DNA from: Octopus vulgaris
Lineage: Eukaryota
Length of the DNA stretch: 64,000 bases
Direction: 5' to 3'
Assembly: GCA_951406725.2 (NCBI GenBank)
Contig: OX597818.1
Location: forward strand, 32,798,001 to 32,862,000
Position numbers and translations under genes: made by a program
Notes under the pieces: generated by a model
Told to the model about the DNA's origin: nothing
The model's input: the letters and a program-made list of their open reading frames with translations, nothing else
Database searches by the model: none
Part shown: one piece after another, positions 13,266 to 26,260 of the stretch
Layout: each line of letters starts with the position of its first letter
Numbering within the stretch: position 1 is the stretch's first letter

Positions 13266-13522
13266 GAAAAGGCAAGGCAAAACAAAAAATGTGACATCAC
13301 ATGTTTCAAAAAAAAAAAAATTAAACTAGAAAATTTCAGAAATATAATGTCTAAATAAAAGTATAGAATATTTAAATTTAAAAAATCTAAATGAAATGCT
13401 TCGTGTTTTTCTTTTCTCCCAATCTTCCTTTTCTTCACTCTGTCTTCTCACATCAATATATCTATGAGTGTACTTTTATACATAAATACACAGAAACACA
13501 TAAATATAAGCTTATATACTTA

Positions 13523-13556
<34 letters not shown>

Positions 13557-13787
13557 TGTTTGTGTGCGTGCGTCTGTGAGTGTGTGTGTGTGTGTGTGCA
13601 CGCACGCATTCATGACATCTATATACGTGCATGGATAGGCACGCTTACACAAACTCCGATATATACCCGTATATGAAGACACATAAATAAGCATAAATGG
13701 ATATATACTTACGCTCACAAATACAACACACACAAACACACACAAAAACACACAAACACACACTCATACACACACACATACACATAC

Positions 13788-13833
<46 letters not shown>

Positions 13834-14329
13834 CGGTTCGTGTTAATTTCTATGTGTGCACCTGAGTGTTACAATTTTTCCTGTGTTAAATTTCTTAACC
13901 CATTAGCAAGACTTTACCACATTTAAAAAATAAATAATAAATAAGTAAATAAATAAGTTAATAAATAAATAAATAAATAAATGATAAAACAAATAAAAAG
14001 AAATAACCTAAAAGAAGACAACAAAAACACAGCACTACTGTAAACCAAACTGTAGAAATCTGACAGTGCGATCAATCTTGCAGTGAATAGAATAGAATAG
14101 AAGTGAATAACAGATATAAAAATAATTATATAAATTTAATAATAATAAATAACAAATATAACACACCACAAAAGAAAGAATTGAACCATATTAAAAGATT
14201 TAGATACTCAATTTTAGGATAATATTACAAAAGACATTTTGAAATGGTCTCTAACAAAATCAGTAAGTCTATTAATCTCTCTTTACACATCCATACGCAG
14301 ATAATATAGGTGTGCGTGTCTGTATGTGA

Positions 14330-14587
14330 ATGTATGTGAATGTATGTATGTATGTATGTATGTGAATGTATGTATATGAATGTATGTATGTATGTAAATG
14401 TATGTATGTGTGTATGTATGTGTGTATGTATGTATGTGTGTATGTGTTTGTGTATACATGTATTTATACGTGTGAATGTTTTTTATACATGCATACATAC
14501 ATCTATATATGTGTCCATGCATATAAGTATGCATATATGTATGTATATATATATATATATATATAAATATTTATGGATGTGTGTATG

Positions 14588-14634
<47 letters not shown>

Positions 14635-14637
14635 ATT

Positions 14638-14717
<80 letters not shown>
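14330..14717. repeat. Degenerate (TATG)n/(TA)n microsatellite block
   Basis: Direct reading. Confidence 0.9.
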
Positions 14718-14718
<1 letters not shown>

Positions 14719-14721
14719 GTT

Positions 14722-14860
14722 AAGGCGCGTGGTTTAGTGGTTAGGACATTCGCCTCACGAGTGTAAAGTCGTGAGTTCGATTCCCCGCGACGCGTTTTGT
14801 CCTTGAGCAAGACACTTTATCTCACGTTGCTTCAGTGCGCTCAGCTGGCAAAAATGAGTT
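14722..14860 (+). mobile_element. SINE type C/D 5' portion (tRNA head plus CORE-like domain)
   Basis: GGCGCGTGGTTTAGTGGTTAGG A box, GAGTTCGATTCCC B box, GTCCTTGAGCAAGACACTTT..CTCAGCTGGCAAAAATGAGT. A minus-strand type A fragment follows at about 14890-14975. Confidence 0.75.
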
Positions 14861-15024
14861 TTTGCTACAGGGGCAGCTAGGTGGAGGTGCGGATGGGTCG
14901 ATTACATCAACTGGTACCTATTTTATCGACCCCGAAAGGATGAAAAACAAAATCTACCTCAGCGGAATTCGAACATGAATAGACTACTCGCTGATGTATA
15001 AGTATACATACATGCATACGTATA

Positions 15025-15070
<46 letters not shown>

Positions 15071-15163
15071 CATTTATGTGTGTGTTTATGCAAATATTTG
15101 TATCTAATTAGTTTTAGTTTGCTTTTTTCTCAGGCTGTCTATATATCTTTGTCAATATATATA

Positions 15164-15327
15164 GGCTTATGAGTGGCTGTGTGTTAAGTAGCTTGCTTAC
15201 CAGAGACATGGTCCCACTGCTTGGCACCTTGGGCATGTGTGTACTACTATAACCTCGGGCTGACCAAAGCCTTGTGAGTGGATTTGGTAGACGGAACCTG
15301 AAAGAAGCCCGTCGTATATAAGTATAA

Positions 15328-15381
<54 letters not shown>

Positions 15382-15590
15382 TTGAGTGTTTGTGTTTGTC
15401 CCCCCAACATCGTTTGACAACCGATGCTGGTGTGTTTACGTCCCCGCAACTTAGCGCTTCGTCAAAAGAGACCGATAGAAAAGTACTAGGCTTACAAATA
15501 CTAAGTCCTGGGTTCGATTTACTCGACTAAAACCGGTGATCCAGCATGGCCACAGTCAAATGACTGAAACAAGTAAAAGAGTAAAAGTAA
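15164..15590 (+). mobile_element. SINE type B
   Basis: Near full-length match to the 54822-55226 copy, with internal (TG)n. Confidence 0.88.
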
Positions 15591-16551
15591 AAAAAAAGTA
15601 TATTGAGTATAAGTAAACAGACAGACAAACAGACAGATATATAGATAGATATCCTTATGCTTAACGATCAATATGTATCTAAAACTCTAGTGTTTTTATC
15701 ATACATGTATCTATCTAATTTTGTATTTTTATAAATGTCCATTCAGCTATTCATTTGTGGTTTCTATTGACCGTTGCTGTATAATTTACCCAATGGTCTA
15801 CCAGGCTGGCATACTGTTGCATATGGTTATGCATTTACGCCCATGAGCGGCAACACTCCTCACTCACACAAACAGTCACACACACACACACACACAAGAG
15901 TTTACATGAAAAATATTGGTCTACTTAAACAAAAGACGTCAATATCTCTGTCTACATATTACCCAATAACAATAATTCTCTCGAGTCCCGTGTTCAAATC
16001 CCACCAGGATCAACTTCGCTATTGAAATATCAGTAATATGTATTGTTTTGTTTCAATGGGTTATCAGAGGTAGAGTAACAACGCCTGTGACATTTTGTTG
16101 TGCCTTTGAGACCGGTGTATATAAATATTTATACAAATGTATTACTGAAATAGAATTTTAAATTATGTCTACGCTAATCATGTAACTTTTCAGTTCAGCC
16201 CATTTAAGAAGAAAAAAATTCCAAATGATGAAGAGCAGCATCCATCCAATCAGTTGTTGATTCTACTATTACTAAATAATAATGTAACAAAAAACAAACA
16301 AAATAGAGAGGCGGAGAGACAGACAGATAGATAGACCTGAAGCTATACAATAAAGGGAATATGACGGTACTCTAGAACGATCTTATATATAATGGATGGA
16401 GCAGTTAACTTAGCTCATATTACACACACACACACAAACAAAACGCACACACACACACGCACACATATTTGTAGTTTGTCATGTGGTATACCCTAATTTC
16501 ATGTTAGTAGGCTTTAAAATTGTAAGTTCCTGCACTTTATTCACATACGTA

Positions 16552-16554
<3 letters not shown>

Positions 16555-16596
<42 letters not shown>

Positions 16597-16598
16597 CA

Positions 16599-16654
<56 letters not shown>

Positions 16655-17033
16655 ATATATATATATGTATATACGTACATATACACATAAATATATATGT
16701 ACATATAGACATATATATATATGTATATATATAGAGAGAGATATACACACATACATAGATATATCTATAGACATCTATATAGATATATAGATATACATGC
16801 ATAGATATATGTATAGACATATACATATGCATGTATATATGTGTATATATATATATATATATACATATATACATCCATATATACACACATATATACCCAC
16901 ACATATATATATATACATATATATACCCACATATATATACATGTATATTTACATACATGTATACATGCATATATACATATATATATACATAATATAAATA
17001 ATATATATATGCATATATACATACATATATACC

Positions 17034-17083
<50 letters not shown>
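16555..17083. repeat. Degenerate (TA)n/(TACA)n microsatellite block
   Basis: Direct reading. Confidence 0.92.
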
Positions 17084-17088
<5 letters not shown>

Positions 17089-17604
17089 ATTTATTATTAT
17101 ACGATTGAACGCCATGCATCCATTTCCAAGTAAGTTTATTTTAATAATTTTGATGCGACTCTACCCTGTACTGTTCTCCCTCTCCCCCTTTCGTTCTCTT
17201 TTCCTTTCTCTAATTCATTTTTCACCCCTTCTCACCCTTTCGTCTCTTCTCTCTCGTCCTTTCTCTAATGATTTCCTCCATTTCACCGTTTTCTTCCTAT
17301 TTCTTCTTCCTCCTTAACTCTCTCATGTTGCTCACACGTGACCATCGTCCATCTTTCTATTCCTCACGTGATCATCTGTCTTTTCCTTATGTCTCTCCCA
17401 ACAGACCAGACGCATCCTCATCTGTGTCCGCTCCTATCTTTTCTGTTATCAAAGAATATTCTTCAGGAGTTCGCCATCTTACCTCACCTGTCTTAACGGC
17501 CCTCCCCGTTTGTTTTCGTTTGGTTTGATTTGTTGTATTTCCTCATTTTGTTACTAGCTTTGACTGTCCGTAAACCCCAACACTCACATATACATATATA
17601 CATA

Positions 17605-17823
17605 TATGCAATTCCAATATGCTGGGAATTGCTCGAAATGTAGAGTACATAAACAGCCGACATTTGATGAAGGGTCGTTGTTTATGTTACTTGCCTCATT
17701 TTCCATTTGTTTCTCTCGTTATTTGCATACCCACGTTTGTATATCTTGTTTTACGTATTTCGTAAGACATGTCGTTTTTTTATTACATGTTGTTTACGTT
17801 TTGTGACGTCCTGTACCTCTATA

Positions 17824-17872
<49 letters not shown>

Positions 17873-18042
17873 AGAGTTTACAAAAAAATAAAACAAAAGA
17901 CACAGGCAGGTGGTGTACAAAACAAACAGATGTATTAGTATAACGCTTAGGAATAGAAAGTATTTTACGTTTCGAGCCTACGTTCTTCTACAGAACGGGA
18001 CATAGAAAAAACAAGGAGAGAAAAAAATGTGTGTAGTGGCTA
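17605..18042. mobile_element. Bipartite non-autonomous repeat surrounding a (TA)n array, probably PLE-terminal-derived
   Basis: Both flanks of the TA run match the flanks of the TA run at 61385-61875 (GATGAAGGGTCG..TTTTGTGA[C/T]GTC and CAGGTGGTGTACAAAACAAACAGATGTATTAGTATAACG..GTGTAGTGGCTAA). Contains a hammerhead-like motif. Confidence 0.6.
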
Positions 18043-18909
18043 ATTATATTTAATTTCTATTAATTCAGCAAATAGTTCCCGGATTAATGAATCAGTAACA
18101 GATGCTACAATATACAAAGATTTTATATTACAATTAGGATCCGAAACCAACATTTATTTATAGTAAAATTTGTATTTTAATAAACAAGTGCATTATCTAT
18201 TGAACCTTTGAGACGAATATCTTTAAATAAATAATAAAAAATACACCCTAATTATCTTTCTGCACTAATAGTATTTCTGTTATGAAGTAGTTTTGTAAAT
18301 TTACCAATAAGAATCATTTTATATCAAAGTTGCTTAATATTATCGAATAAGATTCATTTAAACTAGTAATTATCAGATTTAGCCGGAATCACATTTCAAT
18401 TCGGAAATTAAAATAAATATGCATGCAGCAATATTACTAACAATAATATTGTTAGTAATATTATTATTCTGCTAAATCTGCTGAAATTTGTGAAGTTGTT
18501 CTTTTTGTGTAACATTTATTACATAATACATTTAAGAATTTAAAGTGAGACTTACATCGATATCACACGCTTATTACACGTATGATGAATGATTGCTCGT
18601 TTCAGACAAATCTTTTTGATATATTGAAAACTTCACACCTAAAGATTAATGTTTGTACAATTTTATCCATTGGAAATTTCTCAGCTGCTAACATGAATTT
18701 AGAAACGAATAAATATTACTTGTTTAGCGATGCAATTATACAGTTTCAGTGCACAAATATAGCTCTTAAACAAGCACTGATTATTATACATAATCTAGAA
18801 AATATATCAGAGCAACATTTTTCCACAGCTTCATCTTAGAAGTAATGCTACTGCATATCAAACCTTTATATAAAGTGATTATAAGAATATCATGATTCAC
18901 GTAAATAAT

Positions 18910-19775
18910 AATCCTTTCTAGTATAGACACAAGGCCTGATGTTTTGGTGGGATGAGTGGCAGCTAATTGATTCTATCAATCCTAGTATTTATGTCATCGA
19001 TCCGGAATTGATGAAATTGACCTCGGCTGAATTAGAACTCAGAACGTAAAGACAGACGAAATGCTGCTCGACATTATGGTGATTTGGTAAAGTTTCTGCC
19101 AGCTCGTCGCTTTTCATTCACACAAATATTCGTTTCAGATTTTTGTACAAAGCCAGTAGTTTTGGGGTGAGGAGGAAAAAAATTACATCTAATTCAGTGT
19201 ACAAGTGGTCCTTATTTTATGGGCCCCGAAAAGATGAAAGACAATGCCGACCTTGGTAGAATTTGACTCCAGAAAGGAAAGAAAAAGTTATGCCGCTAAA
19301 TATTTTTTCCGGTATGCTAGCAGTTCTGCCACCTCATCGCCTTTACATTCACATAAATACTTCATAAATTTTTGAAGAAGTCCATCAAGGGGAAGTGCGA
19401 GGTCTATTACATCAACCCTTGTGCTATCGACTCTGAATGGATGAAAGACAAATTTGATGTCGGCAAGAATTCGAACAGGGGCCGTAAAAACGAACGAAAT
19501 GCTGCTTGGCACATTGTCCAGCGTTTAGCAGTTCAGCCACCTCACCGCCTTTTTTATTTAGATAAATAAGAACTCTGTTGTACTTATAGGGTCAAAGCCT
19601 GTAATTTTGCTGTTGGGGTATAGTCGATTACATCGACCCCAGTAAGTGATTGGTGCTTATTTCATCGATCCCACATTTAGTGAAGGGTAATACCGACCTC
19701 GGCGGATTTTGAGCTCAGAACGTAAAGACGAACGACATGCCTCTTATCCGATGTGCTAACGATCCTGCTAGCTCA
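18910..19775 (-). mobile_element. Cluster of about four decayed type A SINE copies
   Basis: Repeated TCGACC..GAAAG..ACCTCGG..GAACTCAGAACGTAAAGAC..GCCAGCTC motifs, all in the same orientation. Confidence 0.7.
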
Positions 19776-21170
19776 CATTTTGTTAAAGATCCTTTAAGCA
19801 TAACTTGCGTAAAGTATCCCTTCAAATTATTTCGATTATTGCTGAATATTTTCCGACAGAACACAACATAAGATGAGAGATTCAAGAAGAATGACTTTAA
19901 ATTATATTAAAGTTGAACAAAATATTTTCATGGAATAAAAAGCAACTATTGACATCTTCATTTAATTCTTCCATGTTTTATGTATTTCAAAACCAATCGA
20001 TATACATAACTGCGTTAAAATATTTGCAGTCAATTATATCGAATGTAAAATTTAAAATTTCTTCTTTCATTTCTACGATCGTTAGATTATCAATAACTCA
20101 CTGTGAAGTGTTACCATAAATTTCATGTTTGTGCATGGCGTGTGTGTTTTATGTGTATGTATGTGTTAACGTGTATATATTTATATACATGTGTAAACAT
20201 ACATATACACACATTATTTGTATACATATATTTATACATATATATAATTAGCTTCGTTTTGTTTTGGGGTTGTTTTTTTTGCGTTTTAAGAGCGCATAGG
20301 TTAAATCCTTGTGCCTGAGCACAAGCAGGAAGAAAGAGATAAAGCCAAAAAATAAAAGAGAAAAAAATTGTTACCTGTATTTACAGCGGATGTATCAATC
20401 ACCTTCAGAAAACAAAAACTTTTCTTTGTTCCTACGTTGGCGAAACTCATTAGAAGGCTGAACGAAAACATTGTACAGGCATGACATTTCTGAACAAAGA
20501 ATGCTTTTTTTTTATCCCCAAACTTATTATCAGATTAAACTAGAATCCGATTAAACATAGAGTAGTAAAGAAATATAACGAAAATTATAAGATATATTGA
20601 ATTGAATGCAATTATCTCGGCATTATTCTATTTATTTTGCCCTTTCATATTTATCATTCTCTTCTCTTAAGAATAGCAATTCAATCCATCTTGTGTCATA
20701 TACAATAAACTATAATTAAAAATCAGTTCTGATTAAATGAATAAATGAATCAATGGATAAACTACAGATATTATTTATACAAATTGATTTATTACTTGTC
20801 TTAATGTTGTTGCTCTTGATGGTGTTGTTGACATTGTTGATGTTTGTTGCTTTCTATTGTAATGTAGTAGTAGTAGTAGTAGTAGTGTTTGTTCCTTTCG
20901 TATCTCTTCTTTTTCATAGTTCGTTTGCATTTCATTTACTTTCTCTAATCCGTAGAGCCGTTTGAAAATGGTAGTGAGAGTAGATGTCTGATATATTAGA
21001 ATGTACGATAAAACGTTTCTGATGCTATCGTGGCCCGAGTTCTATGATATTCTGATTTCAAATCCAAGCAGCCATCATAAAATCAGCCCTAGTTTTATAT
21101 TGACGTGGATGTAATTGATGTACTTCCTTTGTCCTAAGTTTACATCTAAATTCAAAATCAATACATTATG

Positions 21171-21390
21171 TGTTTCTTTATTACCCACAAGGGGCTGAAC
21201 ATAGATGGGACAAACAAGGACAGACAAACGGATTAAGTCGATTACATCGACCCCAGTGCGTAACTAGTACTTAATTTATCGACCGCGAAATTCTACCTCG
21301 GCAGAATTTGAACTCAGAACGTAATGGCAGACGAAATACGACTACGCATTTCGCCCGGCGTGCTAACGATTCTGCCAGCTCGCCGCCTTA
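21171..21390 (-). mobile_element. SINE type A
   Basis: Reverse complement of the type A consensus. 14-bp TSD ATCAATACATTATG at 21157-21170 and 21392-21405. Confidence 0.9.
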
Positions 21391-22261
21391 CATCAATACA
21401 TTATGGCAGGAATATGTGTGTTGCAATCGATCTGATACTGAATAACCAAGTGAAATCTCATACTTTTATACTGTTACACTGTCCTATCCGAAGTGATGAT
21501 AGCTGACCTCGAAATAGTCTTGAAACGTTTCCTTTAAATAAATACCAAAAACCAGTCCGTGAAGGCGCGTGGCTTGATGTTTAGTGTTGTTGTCCTCATG
21601 ATAAAACGATAGCGGCTTCGATTTTTAGACTGAGCAAAGTCTTGTATCTTTGAGTACTTCATTTTATGTTGTTCCCGTTTACTCAGTTTAAAATAAATAC
21701 CAGCCAACGGAGATGCAGTTTTTTCTGCTTGCATCTCCCTCTCCAGTAGTTAAAACCTTCATCTTTTCGCTGGGTAAAATCGTCGATGTATGGAACAGTG
21801 TTTATGCCTACTTATGACTACAGATAATAATCGTGGAACAAGCTACGTCATATTCACTTTTCTGTGAAATATATGATATTTTTTAAGAACCCTTCAACGT
21901 AGTAACAATTTGCTTTACTCTAAATTTGGTTTCTGAGAGAAATACGGCCTAAAATTCTTGAGGAAGAGTTTTGTCGATTAATATATATCAACGTCGGTAC
22001 GATGAAATCCAAAGTCGATCACAGGAGGGTTTGAACTACAATATAATGGAGCGTAAGGAAATCGTGATAGCTATCTTGTGGGAGTATTGGCATATGAACA
22101 GAAATTTCGCCGAAGAACAATATATTACTGGTACGTTATTTTATCGACCTTTTGAAAATAAAAAAAAAATTATACCAGCCTCGATGAACTTAGAAATGAT
22201 AAATATAAGCATCGAATATCTACGGGCTTACTAGGATCTGTGAAATATACTGATTTCTGAT

Positions 22262-22455
22262 ATTGGTTTCAAAATCCGGCATAGGGTGCATGTTGATTAC
22301 ATCGAACTCACTACTAAACTGGTACTTATTTATCGTCCCGAAAGTATGGAAGGCAGAGTCGACCTCGGCAGAATTTGAACTTAGAACGTAAAGACAGACG
22401 AAATGCTGCTAATCATTTTGCTCGGCTTGGTAACGATTCTGCCAGCTCACTGCCT
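22262..22455 (-). mobile_element. Older SINE type A copy
   Basis: GTCGACCTCGGCAGAATTTGAACTTAGAACGTAAAGACAGACGAAATGC...GCCAGCTCACTGCC. Confidence 0.75.
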
Positions 22456-22742
22456 TAATTTGATTTCTGATGTTACCAATATCTTATATGTGATGAGTGT
22501 AGTAGAGTGAAAACGGTTCACATACTGGCTTGGAGCTATTTTGGCGATTTGGGAACAACAATGAAAATGTAAACAAAGAATAGCGTGTTGATGGTGGAGA
22601 AAAAGTTCTTTTGACTCTCTGACTTTGCCATTGTGTGAGAAATCTGGTTTCCGGGAAAATATTAATTTTTGTTGCTTTCTAAGTTTGAGACAATGCAAAC
22701 TTTTTTTAAAATGTCTTCAGAGGAGTTAGTATATCGTCGTTT

Positions 22743-23170
22743 GGATCTTTTCGGTTTGAACGACAGTTTTTAACATAATTCCTAGGTAACTAAAAAAATT
22801 TAAACTTCGTATACTGGTAGAATGTGTTTATAAAACATCTTTTTCTCTTGGCTTTATTGAGAAAATTCTATAGTTTGTAAGATATTTGTTGTTTGTTTTC
22901 TTCAATTTCTGTAATTTCAACCAATCAGTGACGTCTATTGAGGTAAAAAAAACATTCTGTGCCGTATGAATATGTCCCTCATTTAAGAAACAGATTGGGT
23001 TTATTTACATTTGTGAAGAAAAAAGATACCCTTCCCCCCACCCATAACCCTAACTAACCCTAACCCTAAAACAGATTGAAATGTAATAGATCGATACTAG
23101 GGTCATAATTATGGGTGACAATTTCATATGACACCGCTAGAAAAAACTGCCCTTCAAACCGAAAAGATCC
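22743..23170. mobile_element. MITE with 29-bp TIRs and 8-bp TSD (Merlin- or Mutator-like GG termini)
   Basis: TIR GGATCTTTTCGGTTTGAACGACAGTTTTT versus AAAAACTGCCCTTCAAACCGAAAAGATCC (27/29). Perfect TSD CGTCGTTT at 22735-22742 and 23171-23178. Confidence 0.9.
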
Positions 23171-24149
23171 CGTCGTTTAAATCTTGACTATATGTGCAGA
23201 TTTACTGAGGTATAAATCATTAGCAAAAGTTAATACGAACTTCAATACCAACCTCCGTGTGTCTTGAACTCATAACCTGGATAACGAAATGAAATAGAGT
23301 AAGACATTCAGTAAGGGTACCCTACTTTTTTTTTTTTATATATTCTACCTATTCTGCTACGCTTCAGTTTTTCACTTTCTGTAAGAAATATTAAAACCGA
23401 ATGTTATTTCCTCTATCTATAGAAAGTATGAAGCGTGAAATATTCATTTGTTTGTGAATAGTTCAATTTTCAGTTTTGTCTTCAAGATAGGTTTACGTCA
23501 ATGTTAAGCAGTCGAAAAGGCACCATCTTTGACAGAATGGTAGGCTCAGGTATTTGGGCTAGGTTAATTTATTACGGTCAACAATTCCTTTATAATGCAA
23601 ATAACTTTAGTAAACTTGACGGGAACGCTATTTTGTAGTGATTGTCTGAAACTAGTTGTCAGTAAACATGGCATGAATAAAATACTGTTGTGCCCTCTTC
23701 CTCACCAATGGTGTCGCGAACAAGTGAAAGGGATCGAGATTAGATTAGAAGACAAAAGCTAAAGGGAAAAAAAAATGTAAAAACGAAAAGAACATATGCG
23801 CACAAGATGAAGATGATACATATTTTTAACAGAAAAGATACACACAAACACATACACACAACTAAGGAATGATGATAATAATGTAGTTGGGTTTGCTAGC
23901 TGAAATAATTTCGCGAAAATTTCTGAAAGAAAAACGAAAATTGTACACACGTACACACACAGTTGAAGAAACAAACGAGCTCGCATTTACGCAGAGAATT
24001 AGAAATATACAAAGACGCTTGAACAAACACATACTTATCCACACAAACTCACATAGCAACCCCATACACTCATACAAAATAAACACGACATCGTGTAATA
24101 AACAAAACGCCTTCCCCAATATTCAAGACAACAACAAAAACTATATATA

Positions 24150-25010
24150 TATATATATATATATTATACAGCAAAGCAAAAGCGGTAAACATCAGAAGCT
24201 ATCTTCGAAACTATGCAGAAATATGACAGAACTCATTACGAAATACACAAAGGACACATCGTTTCTTTTTAGGTATTTTGCTTTCTTTCATTTTTCTTTC
24301 AGACGGCATTAGATTCATAAGAATAGTTTTAACAGATTTCATTTGTTTTCGTGTAAATACATGCTCAGTGACAAGGATATAATGAGGTGAAACAGGAGTT
24401 TGTGGATAGGGTTTCGAATAAGCCTTCTCTTGGTTCACTAAAAACGTTTGCCTTTGAGGATTATAATAGGATTGAGTGATATCGGATACTAAGATTCGAT
24501 ACAGATTTCTGTTGCTTAACTACTTGTATGCTTGTAATAGGATTTAATCTGAATGTTTTTGAATACAGTTTATTCTTCTTTTATATTCTTTACATATGAG
24601 CTAATCGTTGTACGGTAGGTATGTTTATTTGATAATATATAACGGGATTGTCGAAAGAAGTGGCAACATGTATTCCTTTGCTCTTAGATTACCCAGAGGA
24701 TCAAGGCAGAAACGCAGGTAAGATTTCGAATCAGTATTATGTTACTTGATTATTTTGTTCACTGAGATGGAAACAATAGGATAAACGGAAAAGATAAAGT
24801 TTCGAAAATTTATCCGTTTCTTTGTCGAAATATTTTGTAAGTCCTCGGGAGGGAGAATGTTAAATAAAAGGTTGTTTCCTTGATAGCTTTTCAGAAAGGT
24901 TTAGCATTATAAGATGAAATGAAGTCAAATGAAACAATACTAACTGAGATTTGAAAGGCTGAGAACTCACATTACAACAACTAATCACTTCCTGTAAGAC
25001 ATTCGCCAGG
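24150..25010 (-). mobile_element. Decayed Penelope-like element RT/linker remnant
   Basis: Minus strand IVSFDFISSY (cf. LVSFDVxSLY), TDSKSYLRF (cf. KPTDxxxYLxF) and KKRCVLC (Cys pair that precedes GIY-YIG in PLEs). Internally deleted. Confidence 0.55.
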
Positions 25011-25237
25011 TGTAGTTAATAATGGTTATTAATTTAGATGAGAAAGGGGGAAGGTTATTCATTAACGTCAATCCAAATACTACACTGGTTCTTTATTTTA
25101 TCGACCCCGAAAAGTTGAAATGGAAAGTGCATTTTAGCGGGATTTGAACATAGAATGTAAAGATGAAGAAGAAATACGCAAGGCCTTTTCCCCTTCCTTT
25201 AATGATTCTGTCATTTCGCCAATTTAGGTATAGTTTA

Positions 25238-25632
25238 TAATCATTTCTGCTCTAGGCACAAGGCCCAAAAGTTTTGGGGAGGGGCCAGTCGATTATGTCG
25301 ACCCCAGTACGCAACTGGTACTTAATTTATCGCTCCCGAAAGGATGAAAGGCATAGTCGACCTCGGCGGCATTTGAACCCAGAACGTAGTGACAGACAAA
25401 ATACCTATTTCTTTACTACTCACAAGAGGCTAAATACAGAGAGGACAAACAAGGACAGACAAAAGAATTAAGTCGCTTATATCGACCCCAGTGCGTAACT
25501 GGTACTTATTTAATCGACCCCGAAAGGATGAAAGGCAAAGTCGGCCTCGGCGGAATTTGAACTCAGAACGTAGCGGCAGACAAAATACTGCTAAGCATTT
25601 CGCCCGGCATGCTAACGATTCCGCCAGCTCGC
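25238..25632 (-). mobile_element. Dimeric SINE type A
   Basis: A full monomer (about 25406-25632) joined to a headless second monomer with the alternative tail. Junction at 25398-25411. Confidence 0.88.
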
Positions 25633-26260
25633 TAACAACACCCAAAACCATGACACTTGCAGAAAATTTTATGTGCATTACTCTTGGAACCTCAGAAGGG
25701 GCAGTATATAGCCATGTGTCGTTTCCTCTGTTAGTTTTCTGGGCTTGGTCAAAGTTTCATCTCATCTGAGGAAAACCAAATCATACCATCTTCTGTTGGA
25801 TTTTTAAGTTTGTTCAAATGTTTTTGGATCCGATTTAACGGTCTTCTTTTGTTTTTATCTGACGTGAATTGACCTCTTCTCATCACATAATATGTGTATC
25901 TGATGTCTTCAGGCACAACATTTCTGATTGTTTTTCTCTGGCACACGAAACATTTTGCAATTGACCTCATTGATTTTCTTGCATTGTCTTCAATGTATAG
26001 CTTAAGTTCTTGAATAAATTCAGGTCTCCTGATAGAATCAGAGCTTTTGGAATGTTTTGAAAGTTTTGATACGAGTAATACACTTCCATTTTCTTTCTCT
26101 CACGCCAAATCTTGCGGACAGAAGATCTTGCAACTTTCAGAAAACGAGAAATTTCTAAATCACCCTCCTTCGCCTTCAAAGCCACAATCACAGCATTCCT
26201 TTTTATTTCATTAATAAGCATAGGACCTGTCATTGTTATTTTCTAAAATAGAAGTTCAAT
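25633..26260 (-). mobile_element. Tc1/mariner-superfamily (maT/DD37D-like) transposase N-terminal fragment
   Basis: KRNAVIVALKA..EISRFLKVARSSVRKI and MRSIAK..TIRNVV..DIRY (HTH regions), IWFSSDE (first catalytic D) and MHIKFSASVMVLGVVS. Frameshifted and cut by the SINE at 25632. Confidence 0.8.

Noticed and set aside
16479-17317. Long ORFs rich in [12 protein letters not shown] (also near 14340, 42010, 50176, 59911, 62974)
   Set aside because: They are translations of stop-free dinucleotide and tetranucleotide microsatellites, not proteins.
23034-23067. True telomere or chromosome-fusion scar
   Set aside because: Only about three CCCTAA units, and they lie inside a TSD-flanked MITE.
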